Source: an uncultured Spirochaetota bacterium (lineage in GTDB: Bacteria; Spirochaetota; Spirochaetia; SZUA-6; Fen-1364). Taken from it: a DNA stretch of 64,000 nucleotides. Position 1 is the first letter of the stretch. Each line of letters opens with the position of its first letter. The stretch is taken from the NCBI GenBank assembly GCA_963820525.1, contig CAWGAA010000001.1, positions 96,001 through 160,000 on the forward strand, read 5' to 3'. A program made the position numbers and the translations under genes. Positions 38,337 to 48,232 of the stretch are shown piece after piece. Under the pieces are notes generated by a model. It was given only the letters and a program-made list of their open reading frames with translations. It ran no database searches and was not told the DNA's origin.

Positions 38337-40799
38337 ATGAGCGATTACCTCGATCCACGCAACGAGGAGCTCCTGAAGGATTTCTTCGAGGAGGCTCAGA
38401 CCCAGGTCGAGCTCCTCGAGGGCAACGTTCTCGTTCTCGAGACGGAACCCGAAAATCGGGACGCGGTGGACGAGATCTTCCGCGCCGCCCACACCCTCAA
38501 GGGGGGCGCCGCGACGGTGGACATGAAGGAGCTTGCCGAGTTCACCCATCTCGTGGAGGACGTTCTCGACGTGATCCGCTCGGGAGAACTCCGCGTGGAC
38601 GGCTCGATCGTGGACGACCTTCTGGCCGCAATCGACGTCGTCAAGCGGATGCTCGATGAACGACGCGCCGGCCGCGTGGACGCAGAGGATACTTCACCGC
38701 TCGTCTCCTCGCTTCGGGCACGGCTCGGCGGCGGCAGGCGGGTTTCCGCGGCCGCCAAACAGGCAGGCACCGGGGCCGATCAAGCGCGAAAGGGGAAGCC
38801 CGGCGCGGTGAAGGCCTCCGCGGCTGCCTCCCGCCCCTCCGCCGCCGTTGAAGATGAGGCCGGCGGACGCGCTCACGGGGGCTTGAGCGAATACGAAGTT
38901 CTCGAGCTTGCCCAGGCCGCGGGGGGCGCGGGGGCAATCTATCGCGTGACTGTCAGCTTCGATGAAAACAATCCGATGAACACGGTCGGGGGCGTCCAGG
39001 TCTTCGCCGCCTTGAAGGACGTGGGCAAGGTGCTCAGGAGCGTTCCCGACTTCGATTCGCTCTGCGGCGACGATTTCTATCCCATCGTCGACTACTATGT
39101 CGCCACCCGTGAAAGCGCCGAGCAGTTGCGATCGCTGTGCACGATTGCAGACGTTACCCTCTCGGCGACGGTTTCAGCCGTGAGGGCTTCCGCCTCCACC
39201 GTTTCGGCTCAAGCGCGGAGAGCCGATACCGCACGGCCCGCGCGCGCGGCGTCGTCTCGAAAAACTCTTGCGGAAACCAAAGCTGAGGAGGAGCCGGCTT
39301 CTGCGGCGCTGGAGGACGGGTCGGGGGCAGGTGAATCCCCCGCCGCCGTCGAGCAGGCGCAGGAGGGGCCCGCGGAAGCGCGGGAGCAGAAAACGTTCAA
39401 GGCCGCGCAGGGCTCGGTTCTGCGCGTCGACAGCCGGCGGATAGACGACCTGTTGAACCTCGTGAGCGAAGCGGTCATCTCCAAGGCGAGCTTCAACCAG
39501 ATCTCACTCCAGTACTCCCAGTCCCTTCTCGAGCTTCAGGGGGTGAACACGCGCTATCGGGAAAAGCTGAAGGAGCTTTTCGAGGCTTTGCCCCAGTACC
39601 TCCAGTCGATGAAGGAGGGAACGCCCGAAGCCATCGTGACGCGGGAGATCACGCAGCGCTTCGGCTCGCTGTCAGGCCTCGTGGAAGGCTTCGAGAAGCA
39701 GCTCAAGTCCGCGGTCGGCCGCTTCAGGAACTCCTCGCAGAACCTCGCCCGGATCATCGGGGAGCTGCAGGAAGCGGTGATGCGCATCCGCATGGTTCCC
39801 ATCGCGCACGTGTTCTCCCGCTTTCCCCGGCTCGTTCGCGACCTCTCCAAGAACCTGGGCAAGAGCGTGGAGCTCGTCATCCAGGGCGAGGAGACGGAGC
39901 TGGACAAGTCGGTCATCGAGGATCTCATCGATCCCCTGATCCACTGCGTGCGAAACTCCCTCGACCACGGCCTCGAGCCGCCGGAAGACCGGGTGGACGC
40001 GGGAAAGACCGCGGAAGGCCATATTACCCTTCGGGCCAGGAACGAGGGCAACATGATCGTCATCGAGGTGAGCGATGACGGCAAGGGCATTGACCTTGAA
40101 GCAATTCGAAAGAAGGCCGTGGAGCGGGGGATCATCCATCCCAGCAAGAACCTGACGAACACCGAGGCGCACAAGCTGATATTCGAGCCCGGTTTTTCGA
40201 CGGCCCTGACCGTTACCGCGATCTCGGGTCGGGGGGTGGGGCTCGACGTCGTGAAGAGGCAGGTGGAGAAGCTGAGCGGCACCGTGGACGTGCATTCCGA
40301 AAAAGGCAAAGGAACCACCTTCACGATCCGCCTCCCCCTCACCCTCGCGATCATCCAGGGGCTGCTGGTGCGCGTCGGCACCGAGGTCTACGCCATCCCC
40401 GTCACCTCCGTGATCGAAAGCGTCCGCCTGAAGCCCGCCGAGGTCAAGCTGATAGACACCTACGAGGTGTTCAACCTCCGCGAGGACGTCCTGTCCCTCC
40501 TGCGGCTCAACAGGCTCTTCCGCATCCCGGTTGACGAGAACAAGACGATGTATTTCATCGTGATCGTGGGAACGCAGGACAAGAAGGTGGGGCTGCTCGT
40601 CGATTCGCTGATCGGCGAGGAAGACCTCGTTATAAAGCCCCTGAAGGGACACTACACGGCCTCCCCGGGGATCGCGGGGGCCACCATCCTGGGAGACGGG
40701 ACTGTCTCCCTGATCCTCGACGTGAGCAGGCTGCTCGAGTTCAGCGTGCAGCGGGAAGCGGACGAGCGCAAGCAGCGGACCGGAGTCGCGACGGAGTGA
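38337..40799 (+). CDS. cheA: Chemotaxis histidine kinase CheA
   Basis: HPt IFRAAHTLKG, LRVDSRRIDDLLNLVSE, RNSLDHGLE, DDGKG, FEPGFSTA, GRGVGLDVV, CheW-like tail. Confidence 0.97.
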   Translation: MSDYLDPRNEELLKDFFEEAQTQVELLEGNVLVLETEPENRDAVDEIFRAAHTLKGGAATVDMKELAEFTHLVEDVLDVIRSGELRVDGSIVDDLLAAIDVVKRMLDERRAGRVDAEDTSPLVSSLRARLGGGRRVSAAAKQAGTGADQARKGKPGAVKASAAASRPSAAVEDEAGGRAHGGLSEYEVLELAQAAGGAGAIYRVTVSFDENNPMNTVGGVQVFAALKDVGKVLRSVPDFDSLCGDDFYPIVDYYVATRESAEQLRSLCTIADVTLSATVSAVRASASTVSAQARRADTARPARAASSRKTLAETKAEEEPASAALEDGSGAGESPAAVEQAQEGPAEAREQKTFKAAQGSVLRVDSRRIDDLLNLVSEAVISKASFNQISLQYSQSLLELQGVNTRYREKLKELFEALPQYLQSMKEGTPEAIVTREITQRFGSLSGLVEGFEKQLKSAVGRFRNSSQNLARIIGELQEAVMRIRMVPIAHVFSRFPRLVRDLSKNLGKSVELVIQGEETELDKSVIEDLIDPLIHCVRNSLDHGLEPPEDRVDAGKTAEGHITLRARNEGNMIVIEVSDDGKGIDLEAIRKKAVERGIIHPSKNLTNTEAHKLIFEPGFSTALTVTAISGRGVGLDVVKRQVEKLSGTVDVHSEKGKGTTFTIRLPLTLAIIQGLLVRVGTEVYAIPVTSVIESVRLKPAEVKLIDTYEVFNLREDVLSLLRLNRLFRIPVDENKTMYFIVIVGTQDKKVGLLVDSLIGEEDLVIKPLKGHYTASPGIAGATILGDGTVSLILDVSRLLEFSVQREADERKQRTGVATE

Positions 40800-40807
40800 G
40801 GGAGAGG

Positions 40808-42168
40808 ATGGAACCGACGCTGGAAAAGATCGAGGGCACCGCCGAGACGACGAATCCCGAAGGGGGTGAGGCCGGCGCCGGGGCGGAAACCCTGGCCGCG
40901 CCGGTCCAGACGAAGGCGGAGTACCGCATGATCGCCTTCTCCCTCGCAGGCCGCGACTACGGCATCGACATCATGAAGGTGAAGGAGATCTCCCACGAGG
41001 GGAAATTCACCTACGTGCCGAATACGGCGCCCTTCGTGCTGGGCGTCCACAACCTTCGGGGCGAGATCATCCCGATCATCGACATGAGGCGGATGTTCAA
41101 CCTCGCCGTGGAACGGGCGAACGAAGGCGTGACGCAGAACGTTCTGATCCTCAAGCTGGAAAAGCTCGTCCTGGGGATGGTGGTGGATTCCATCGATGGG
41201 GTGATGAGCGCACCGGCGGACAGCGTCCAGCCCCCCCATCCCTTGTTCAGCGACATCAACCTCCAGTACATTAGCGGGGTCGTGGAGAGAGAGGGAAAGC
41301 TCTACGTCATCCTCGACGTCGAGAGAATATTCGCCGAGACGACCCAGGCCCCGAAAGCGCCGGTCAAGGCAGAGATCGCTCCGGTGGCGGCCCCCGTGGC
41401 TGCCCCGGGGGGGACCAGGACCTGCGCTTCGTCTGCGAGGGCCTTGCTACCTTTGCGTCGTTCTTCGTAACGCCGATGAACCTGTCGTGGGTGGAACGGC
41501 GGTTCGAGGAGTGGCGAAAGCTGCGGAAAAAGCAGGGCGTGAGCGTTCAGCTGGGGGGAGCCGACGATGCGCGCGAGTTTCTCTCGAGCTTCTCCTCTCC
41601 GCCGCGCGGCCAGCTGTGGGCGGATGCCCAGAGGAAGGCCCTGACGGCCCTTTTGCCCGGGCGTCCCGCGGGCACATACGTCGTCTGGAATCACGGCTGC
41701 GGAAGAGGGTTCGACGCTTACTCGGTGGTCTGCGCATTGAAATCGGCGTATCCGTCCCTCGCGGTGAAGACCTGGGCGAATGACGGCAATCTCGTTGAAA
41801 TCGCATCGGCCCCGACCCTCACCCTTCCCAAGGAACGGGTGCCTGAGTTCTATATCGCAGGGGGCTTCATGCGCGAGACGGAGGCGGGCTGCCAGTTCAC
41901 CCCGGCCGTTCGGGAGAGCGTGATTTTCGAATACACCGAGTCGCTGGCGCGCACGGAGGGCCTGGAGGCGGATCTCATCGTCTCCCGTGACGTTCTGTCC
42001 TTCATGAAGCCGGAGACTCAGAAGACCGTTCTCGAAGCGTTTGCCCAGAGACTGAAGCCGGGAGGGCTCCTTGTTTTGGGCGCGAATGAGCAGGTTGCCG
42101 GGGAAGGCTGGCGGAGCGTGGAGAAGGGCGGAATGCGCGCGTTCGTGCGAGAAATCCCAAAGGAGTAG
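40808..42168 (+). CDS. cheW: CheW fused to CheR-like domain; apparent frameshift in G7 run 41407-41413
   Basis: CheW (YGIDIMKVKEI, GVHNLRGEIIPIID) in ORF 40796..41470. CheR-like part (VWNHGCGRG, DLIVSRDVLSF, LKPGGLLVLG) is open from 41413 in another frame; one extra G fuses them. Confidence 0.85.
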
Positions 42169-42171
42169 GCA

Positions 42172-42636
42172 ATGAGAGTCGAGTACATCAACCCGTTCGT
42201 CGAGTCCGCGTTCAACGTGCTCAAGGAGGTGCTCAACACGGAGCTGACCCGCGGGGAGCTGTTTTTGAAATCCTCCTCCCAGCCCGTTCTGGGAGTTGCC
42301 GCCATCATCGGGCTCACCGGCGACGTACAGGGGCGGATCCTCTTCGACATGGACGAGAAGACGGCCCTCGCCATATCCTCCGCAATGAACGGCGAGCGCA
42401 TCACCGCGATGGACGATCTGGCCAAGGCCACGATCACGGAGCTGGCCAACATGATAACCGCCCGCGCGGTGACCAAGCTTTCAGAGATGGGTTTTCAGTT
42501 CGACATCACCCCCCCGGCGATTTTCACGGGCAAGGACATGGAAGTTACGAACACGCAGATCGAATCGCTGATCGTTCCGATCCAGATGCCGTTGGGCAAA
42601 CTCGAGATCAATGTCGCCGTCCGCGAGAAAATTTGA
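42172..42636 (+). CDS. cheX: Chemotaxis phosphatase CheX
   Basis: MRVEYINPF, IIGLTGDVQG, ELANMIT, DITPP. Confidence 0.95.
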   Translation: MRVEYINPFVESAFNVLKEVLNTELTRGELFLKSSSQPVLGVAAIIGLTGDVQGRILFDMDEKTALAISSAMNGERITAMDDLAKATITELANMITARAVTKLSEMGFQFDITPPAIFTGKDMEVTNTQIESLIVPIQMPLGKLEINVAVREKI

Positions 42637-42648
42637 GGGAGATTCAGC

Positions 42649-43089
42649 ATGAAGACGAAAACCGATTTTCCCAACATCAACGAGCGCAAGCCCGAAGGAT
42701 TGAAGGAAGACGGATCCCCGTTTCGGGTCCTCATCGTCGACGATTCGATGTTCGTCGCCAAGCAGATCGGCCAGATCCTGACCTCCGAAGGATTCGACAT
42801 CGTCGGAACGGCTGCCGATGGCGAGGAAGGCGTGGAGAAGTACAAGGAGCTTTCTCCCAACGTTGACCTCGTCACCATGGACATAACGATGCCGAAGATG
42901 GACGGCGTTACGGCGCTGCTGAAGATCGTTGAGTTCGACAAGAACGCGAAGGTGATCATGATCAGCGCGCTCGGCAAGCAGGACCTCGTGAAAAAGTCCC
43001 TGCTGGCCGGGGCCAAGAACTACATCGTCAAGCCGCTGGACAGGAAGAAGGTTCTAGAGCGGGTGGTCGGCGTTCTGAAAAAGCAATAG
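42649..43089 (+). CDS. cheY: Chemotaxis response regulator CheY (spirochaete N-terminal extension)
   Basis: VLIVDDS, MDITMPKMDG, MISAL, YIVKP. Confidence 0.95.
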   Translation: MKTKTDFPNINERKPEGLKEDGSPFRVLIVDDSMFVAKQIGQILTSEGFDIVGTAADGEEGVEKYKELSPNVDLVTMDITMPKMDGVTALLKIVEFDKNAKVIMISALGKQDLVKKSLLAGAKNYIVKPLDRKKVLERVVGVLKKQ

Positions 43090-43141
43090 AAAAGCCGCGC
43101 CACCCGCGCTATACTGTCGGGAAACGAGGAGGGAGTGGAAA

Positions 43142-43531
43142 ATGCGAAAGTACGCGTTGGCACTTGCCGCTTGCGCGCTCGCCCTGGCGCTGGCCTCTTG
43201 CGCGACGGTCTATTCCCGCGCATGGAAGGTTAACACGCAAGACCTCACTGACAGCCTCACGGTCTCGGGAGATTCGTTCAAGCTCTCCAGGACAGGGCAG
43301 GGCGGGACTTCGGTATTCGAGGGGAAGCTCGAAGACCATGGCGAGCAGTGGATCTTCCTGATCGCTTCGTGGAAGCCGGCCAATGCAACCGCCAAGCATT
43401 TCGACCCGCCGGTACGCTATATCTACAAGGTCAAGAAGTTCGAAAACGGGGTGTCCTTCCTGACGCTTGTAGACGTCGTAGGAACATCGACGTTCCAGTT
43501 CATCCAGAAGGGCGACTACAGCCTCAGGTAG
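43142..43531 (+). CDS. Hypothetical lipoprotein
   Basis: Lipobox LALASC; GGAG RBS; TATACT upstream. Confidence 0.7.
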   Translation: MRKYALALAACALALALASCATVYSRAWKVNTQDLTDSLTVSGDSFKLSRTGQGGTSVFEGKLEDHGEQWIFLIASWKPANATAKHFDPPVRYIYKVKKFENGVSFLTLVDVVGTSTFQFIQKGDYSLR

Positions 43532-43649
43532 CTCTGCGTGATGCTCCGCCGCGCGAGCATGGCACGGGGCGCGGGTTCGGCTGAGGCCGCGGTGCTCTTT
43601 GAGCGGGGGCGCGTTGAGCGCGCCGTAGCGGCGGCGTGCACCAATTGTA

Positions 43650-43679
43650 TTGACACAAACGGCGCCCGTCGGCTAAGGT
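43650..43679 (+). promoter_or_regulatory. Probable tRNA promoter
   Basis: TTGACA(43650)-18-TAAGGT(43674), followed by a GC-rich discriminator. Confidence 0.55.
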
Positions 43680-43710
43680 ACGGCGCAGGCGCGGCGAAAA
43701 GCCGCTCCAT

Positions 43711-43785
43711 GGGCGGCTAGCTCAGTCTGGTTAGAGCACCAGCTCGACACGCTGGGGGTCACAAGTTCAACTCTTGTGCCGCCCA
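43711..43785 (+). tRNA. tRNA-Val(GAC), CCA not encoded
   Basis: Acceptor GGGCGGC/GCCGCCC, D arm GCTC..GAGC, anticodon arm CCAGC-TCGACAC-GCTGG, T arm ACAAG-TTCAACT-CTTGT. Confidence 0.96.
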
Positions 43786-46700
43786 TCTTAGTTCTTGAGG
43801 GACAATGATTTACGACGCGGCTTAGCAAGCCGCACAATCCAAATGGTGATGCCTGTTTTGATTACTTCCGCCTATCGAACATAAATGTAAAGGAATAAAC
43901 CAGGATCACTATCAGATTACCCCGACCCTTCCACTCCTGCAGTTTCCGAGGCGAAGAAGGCGGTAGTGTGTTAGAATGAATGCGAGATGGCTTTTTTGAA
44001 GCCGCAATTATTAATTACGAAAAACCACCTGCCGCAACTGCCGCTAAACTTGGTGGCGCGTCCACGCCTCTCTCGGAAGCTGAATGAAGCCATGCGCCAT
44101 CGAGTGGCGCTGCTATCGGCCCCAGCCGGATACGGCAAGACCACACTCCTCACCGAAACCCTGCGCGAAAGCAAGAAACCGGTGGGCTGGGTCTCATTGG
44201 ATACCGGCGATAACAATCCCGGCAGTTTCTGGACGTACGTCATCGGTGCGCTTCAGAATGTTGAACCCGGGATGTGCCAGCCCATCCTCAATGCTCTGCA
44301 GTCGCCCGATCCGCCACCGACCAACTGGCTGTTGGCTGCGCTTATCAACTCAATCAGCAGCCATGAAGATGACTTTGCACTTATACTGGACGATTACCAT
44401 GCCATTGAGTCTCAAACTATCCATGAAGGCGTGAGCTTTGTCGTCGAACACCTGCCGCCGCAGGTTCACCTGGTTATTGCGAGCCGTGTCGATCCCCCGC
44501 TGCCGTTAGCCCGATGGCGGGCGAGGGGAGAGATCGCTGAGATTCGCGCAAATGACCTGGGTTTTTCCATTGAAGAGGCAGCGGCTTTTTTCAAGAAGAT
44601 AGCGGGAATAGCTCTTAACGAGCAGGACCTGGCAACGCTGGAAAGCCGCACGGAAGGCTGGATTGCCGGACTCAAAATGGCTGCCTTTTCTCTAGCAGGC
44701 AAGAAAGACATTTCAGGCAGCATCAAAGCCTTCTCCGGCAGCAACCGCTACATTCTGGACTACTTCGCCGATGAGGTGCTCAACCGGCAGCCGCCGCACG
44801 TCAGGCAATTCCTCGTGGAAACCTCGATCCTCGAGCGCCTCAGCGGTCCGTTGTGTGACGCCGTGACCGAGCGCAGCGACAGCCAATCGATGCTGGTTCA
44901 ATTGGAATCAGCCAATCTTTTCATCTCCCCCCTGGATGACGAGCGAAGCTGGTATCGCTATCATCAGCTCTTCGCCGCCATTCTGCGGAGTCTGTTGGCC
45001 AAATCCGCGTCCGAACTGGTACGGGAACTCCACCGCCGGGCCAGCACATGGTACGAGAAAGAGGGTCTCACCGAAGAAGCCATCGACCATTCCCTGCTCG
45101 GCAGCGATGCTGAGCGAGTCATCGGCCTTCTAGAGAACGCAGCCCCTTTCATGCTCGGCCAGGGCCAGGCAGCCAAACTATTGGACTATCTTGCTCGCAT
45201 CCCTGAGCCGCTCATCAAGAGGAGTCCCTGGCTATGTGTCGGCTTCGCCTGGGCGGCAATTATGGCCAACAAGCAAGATGTTTTATTGCCCATGCTTTCC
45301 CGGGCTATCGAATCATTTTCGGAGAGTCCGGACAGACTGTCACCCGGCAGCCGCGCCAATGTCCAGCGCATCAAAGGCCACACGCTCTCCATCCAGAGCT
45401 TGATAGCCCAGTCCAAGGACGACTTCCCCCGTGCCATCCAGCTTTCCGAGGAAGCCAACCGGGAGCTCCCTGGCGATGACATCGGCGATTTGCTTGCCCG
45501 TGCCGTCAACTCGCTGAACCTGGCCGCCTGTTATCAAAAGACCGGTGACATTGCCAAAGCCATTCCCTTCCTCGAAGAGCTGATCGCGGCTGGCCGGGAG
45601 ACCGGCTTTTCATACGCCGCTCTGGCCGCTCAAGGAAGTCTGGCCGAAATTGAGATGCAGCTTTCCCGGTTGGACCGGGTTGCCGAGATATGCAGGAAAG
45701 TTATCGAGCAGGGGACGCCATGGGGCGGCGCCTACCCTTTGCCGGGAGCTGCTCTTGCTTACATAGTACACGGGCACCTTGACTATGAGCGCAATAATCT
45801 GGATGGGGCTGTTACTCATTTAGCGAAGGGAATCGAGCTCGGGGAAATCAGCGCTCACTTGGAGCCAGTTCTCAAGGGCTATCTGTATATGGCTGAGCTG
45901 GCGCAGGCACAGGGCAACCAGGAGTCCGCCATTGAGCATATCCGGCGAGCCGAGAATGTGGGGCCATGGGTGGTCGTACCTCCCGAATTTCACCAGATAC
46001 CCGCATGGAAGGCCAGGCTGGCGCTGCGTCGAAGTGATAGTACAGCAGCCTCGGACTGGGCCCGGCAGCAAGAGATTTCCCTTCCACTCTCTCAGCTGCC
46101 CGGTTACCAGAAAGAGTACGACTATCTGACCCTGGTCAGGCTGAAGATCGCCACAGGTGAGTGCCGCGGCCTGCCGGTCTATCTCGATGAGTTCATTCGA
46201 AACGCCGAACATCAAGGGCGGAGCGCCGCCGTTATCGAGGCGCTTGTCTTGAAGGCATTGGCCCTGGGCTGCATTGGTGAATCTGCTGAAGCAGTAATAA
46301 CTCTTGATCGCGCCCTGACGCTGGCCGAGCCGGCCGGGTATGTGCGCGTCTTCGTCGACGAGGGATCCCCAATGGCAGAATTGCTCCGGAACTGCGCCTC
46401 CGGGAGCATGCACGCCGATTACGCCTCGAAATTGCTCGGTATGATGATATTTCAATCGCAGGGCCAGTCTGGCGGCCGGGCGAAGACCCCGGGTCTGATC
46501 GAAGCCCTGAGTGAACGCGAACTCGAGGTCCTTAAGCTCATTTCTTTGGGGAAGTCCAACAAAGAAATCGCCTTCGAGCTCTTTTTGGCTGTCGGCACGG
46601 TCAAAAAGCATACCAGCAATATCTTTGGCAAGCTGGGTGTGGAGAGCCGCACCCAGGCCATTGCTCGCGCCCGCGAACTGGGTATTGTTTAGTACGTCGA

Positions 46701-47030
46701 GGGTGACTCATGATCAGAAACCAATGGTACGTGGTTCTGGAAAGCAGGCAGGTGCCAAAAGGCAAGCCGGTCGGCTTCAGGCGGCTGGGGGAAAACCTCG
46801 TTTTCTGGCGCGACGCTTCGGGGAAGCTCAGCTGCGCGTCCGATATATGCGCACATCGCGGAGCCTCCCTTTCTCATGGGAAGATCGTGGGGGACTTTGT
46901 CCAGTGTCCATTCCACGGCCTCAAATTCGACGGTACGGGCAGGTGCCGCCTGATCCCCGCCAATGGCCGGGCAGCCGCCGTCCCCGGAAATTTCAAGGTC
47001 TTCGCCTATCCCGTAAGCGAATCCAACGGC
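43786..47030. mobile_element. Probable horizontally acquired islet remnant at tRNA-Val
   Basis: Visibly more AT-rich with more A/T-ending codons; starts at the tRNA 3' end and ends in a truncated gene; no integrase or attR seen. Confidence 0.45.
43987..46692 (+). CDS. MalT-like STAND ATPase/TPR/LuxR transcriptional regulator
   Basis: APAGYGKTTL, LILDDYH, TEGWIAGL, WYRYHQLF, LSERELEVL..SNKEIA..TVKKH..KLGVESRTQA. Confidence 0.92.
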   Translation: MAFLKPQLLITKNHLPQLPLNLVARPRLSRKLNEAMRHRVALLSAPAGYGKTTLLTETLRESKKPVGWVSLDTGDNNPGSFWTYVIGALQNVEPGMCQPILNALQSPDPPPTNWLLAALINSISSHEDDFALILDDYHAIESQTIHEGVSFVVEHLPPQVHLVIASRVDPPLPLARWRARGEIAEIRANDLGFSIEEAAAFFKKIAGIALNEQDLATLESRTEGWIAGLKMAAFSLAGKKDISGSIKAFSGSNRYILDYFADEVLNRQPPHVRQFLVETSILERLSGPLCDAVTERSDSQSMLVQLESANLFISPLDDERSWYRYHQLFAAILRSLLAKSASELVRELHRRASTWYEKEGLTEEAIDHSLLGSDAERVIGLLENAAPFMLGQGQAAKLLDYLARIPEPLIKRSPWLCVGFAWAAIMANKQDVLLPMLSRAIESFSESPDRLSPGSRANVQRIKGHTLSIQSLIAQSKDDFPRAIQLSEEANRELPGDDIGDLLARAVNSLNLAACYQKTGDIAKAIPFLEELIAAGRETGFSYAALAAQGSLAEIEMQLSRLDRVAEICRKVIEQGTPWGGAYPLPGAALAYIVHGHLDYERNNLDGAVTHLAKGIELGEISAHLEPVLKGYLYMAELAQAQGNQESAIEHIRRAENVGPWVVVPPEFHQIPAWKARLALRRSDSTAASDWARQQEISLPLSQLPGYQKEYDYLTLVRLKIATGECRGLPVYLDEFIRNAEHQGRSAAVIEALVLKALALGCIGESAEAVITLDRALTLAEPAGYVRVFVDEGSPMAELLRNCASGSMHADYASKLLGMMIFQSQGQSGGRAKTPGLIEALSERELEVLKLISLGKSNKEIAFELFLAVGTVKKHTSNIFGKLGVESRTQAIARARELGIV

Positions 47031-47060
47031 GCCGGCCTGTTCATGGGCTCCCCACCGTGA
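46710..47060 (+). pseudogene. Truncated Rieske oxygenase alpha subunit (Rieske domain only)
   Basis: MIRNQWYVV, CAHRGASLS, CPFHG; similarity stops after YPVSESNG and the ORF runs into the convergent gene. Confidence 0.65.
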
Positions 47061-48066
47061 GAACAACCTTCCCGAAGCTCTTACGGCTTTGAATGTAGCG
47101 ATGGGCTTCGCGCACTTTTTCGAAGGCGAACTGAGCTCCGACTATGGGTTTCACCTTTCCCTCGGCGCACAATTCCATCACTCGTTCCATGGCGCTTCTC
47201 AGCCGTGCTGTTTCTCCCCAGAGGTGCCCCATGTTCAGCCCGAGGATTCCTCGATTCGAGTTCATCAGGGAGATGGGGTGATAGAGCGGTGTGCGAAGAA
47301 TCGCGGCAATCGCGGCCAGGATCCGGCGCCTGCGGCCTGGTGCGATGGATGAAACTCCATAGGCAACTATCCTCCCCAAGGGGGCCAGGATGCGGCCGTC
47401 CTCGCGCAGGGTTCCGCCGCCCACTGGATTCAGGCACACGTCTACTCCGTTGCCTCCCGTAAGCGAGAGAACGCGGGAAACAAAATCAGGCGATCGGGGC
47501 GGGATCGTCATCTGAACGCCCAGGCGGGAGAGGATCTCGTTCTTGGCATCCGAGGCTACGCCGATCACGCGCGCTCCGTGCGCCGCGGCAAGCTGAACCG
47601 CGATCGTTCCGACTCCTCCTCCTGCCGAACGAACGAGGACGGTCTCCCCGGGCTTCAGCCCGCCAAGGGTGAAGAGAGCGAGCCAGGCCGTAACGGAGTT
47701 GACAGGGATCGCGGCTCCCTCGGAAAAAGACATCTCGGTCGGAAGGGGCCAGCACTGCGCTGCTGGGACGCACAGCTTGGTGGCATACCCCCCAAAGTGA
47801 GTCAGAGCAATGACCCGCGCTCCGGGGGTAAAATCGGCAACCGCCGGTCCCACGGTTTCGATAACGCCGCACGCTTCGTAGCCCACCACGAAAGGCGGCT
47901 TTGGGGCATCGGGGTAGAGACCCATCCTCCCCATGATGTCGGCAAAGCAAATGCCGATGGCCTTCACGGAAACGAGGACCTCTCCCTCCCGCGGGATCGG
48001 CTCGGGAGCTTCGCGGATAGCCAAAGCATTCTCCGAGCCGTGACGGAGAACCCAGATCTGCCTCAT
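47041..48066 (-). CDS. MDR-family NADPH:quinone oxidoreductase (VAT-1-like)
   Basis: GICFADIMGRMGLYP, VGYEACG, SAGGGVG, AHRYIQSRKSFGKVVL. Confidence 0.88.
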   Translation of the reverse strand: MRQIWVLRHGSENALAIREAPEPIPREGEVLVSVKAIGICFADIMGRMGLYPDAPKPPFVVGYEACGVIETVGPAVADFTPGARVIALTHFGGYATKLCVPAAQCWPLPTEMSFSEGAAIPVNSVTAWLALFTLGGLKPGETVLVRSAGGGVGTIAVQLAAAHGARVIGVASDAKNEILSRLGVQMTIPPRSPDFVSRVLSLTGGNGVDVCLNPVGGGTLREDGRILAPLGRIVAYGVSSIAPGRRRRILAAIAAILRTPLYHPISLMNSNRGILGLNMGHLWGETARLRSAMERVMELCAEGKVKPIVGAQFAFEKVREAHRYIQSRKSFGKVVLTVGSP

Positions 48067-48232
48067 GGCAAGACGGGTCCTCTCGAACGGTTTCTGCTCT
48101 TTTCCCGACGGCGTGTCATAGCTCGAAATGTACGGCGGGCGCTATCCAACGGTCAAACCGCGGCCAAGGAGCCTGGGCTGTGCAGCCCAGAAGAGCGCTT
48201 TCCTACTGAGAGAGGGCTCTCATTGAACAGCC

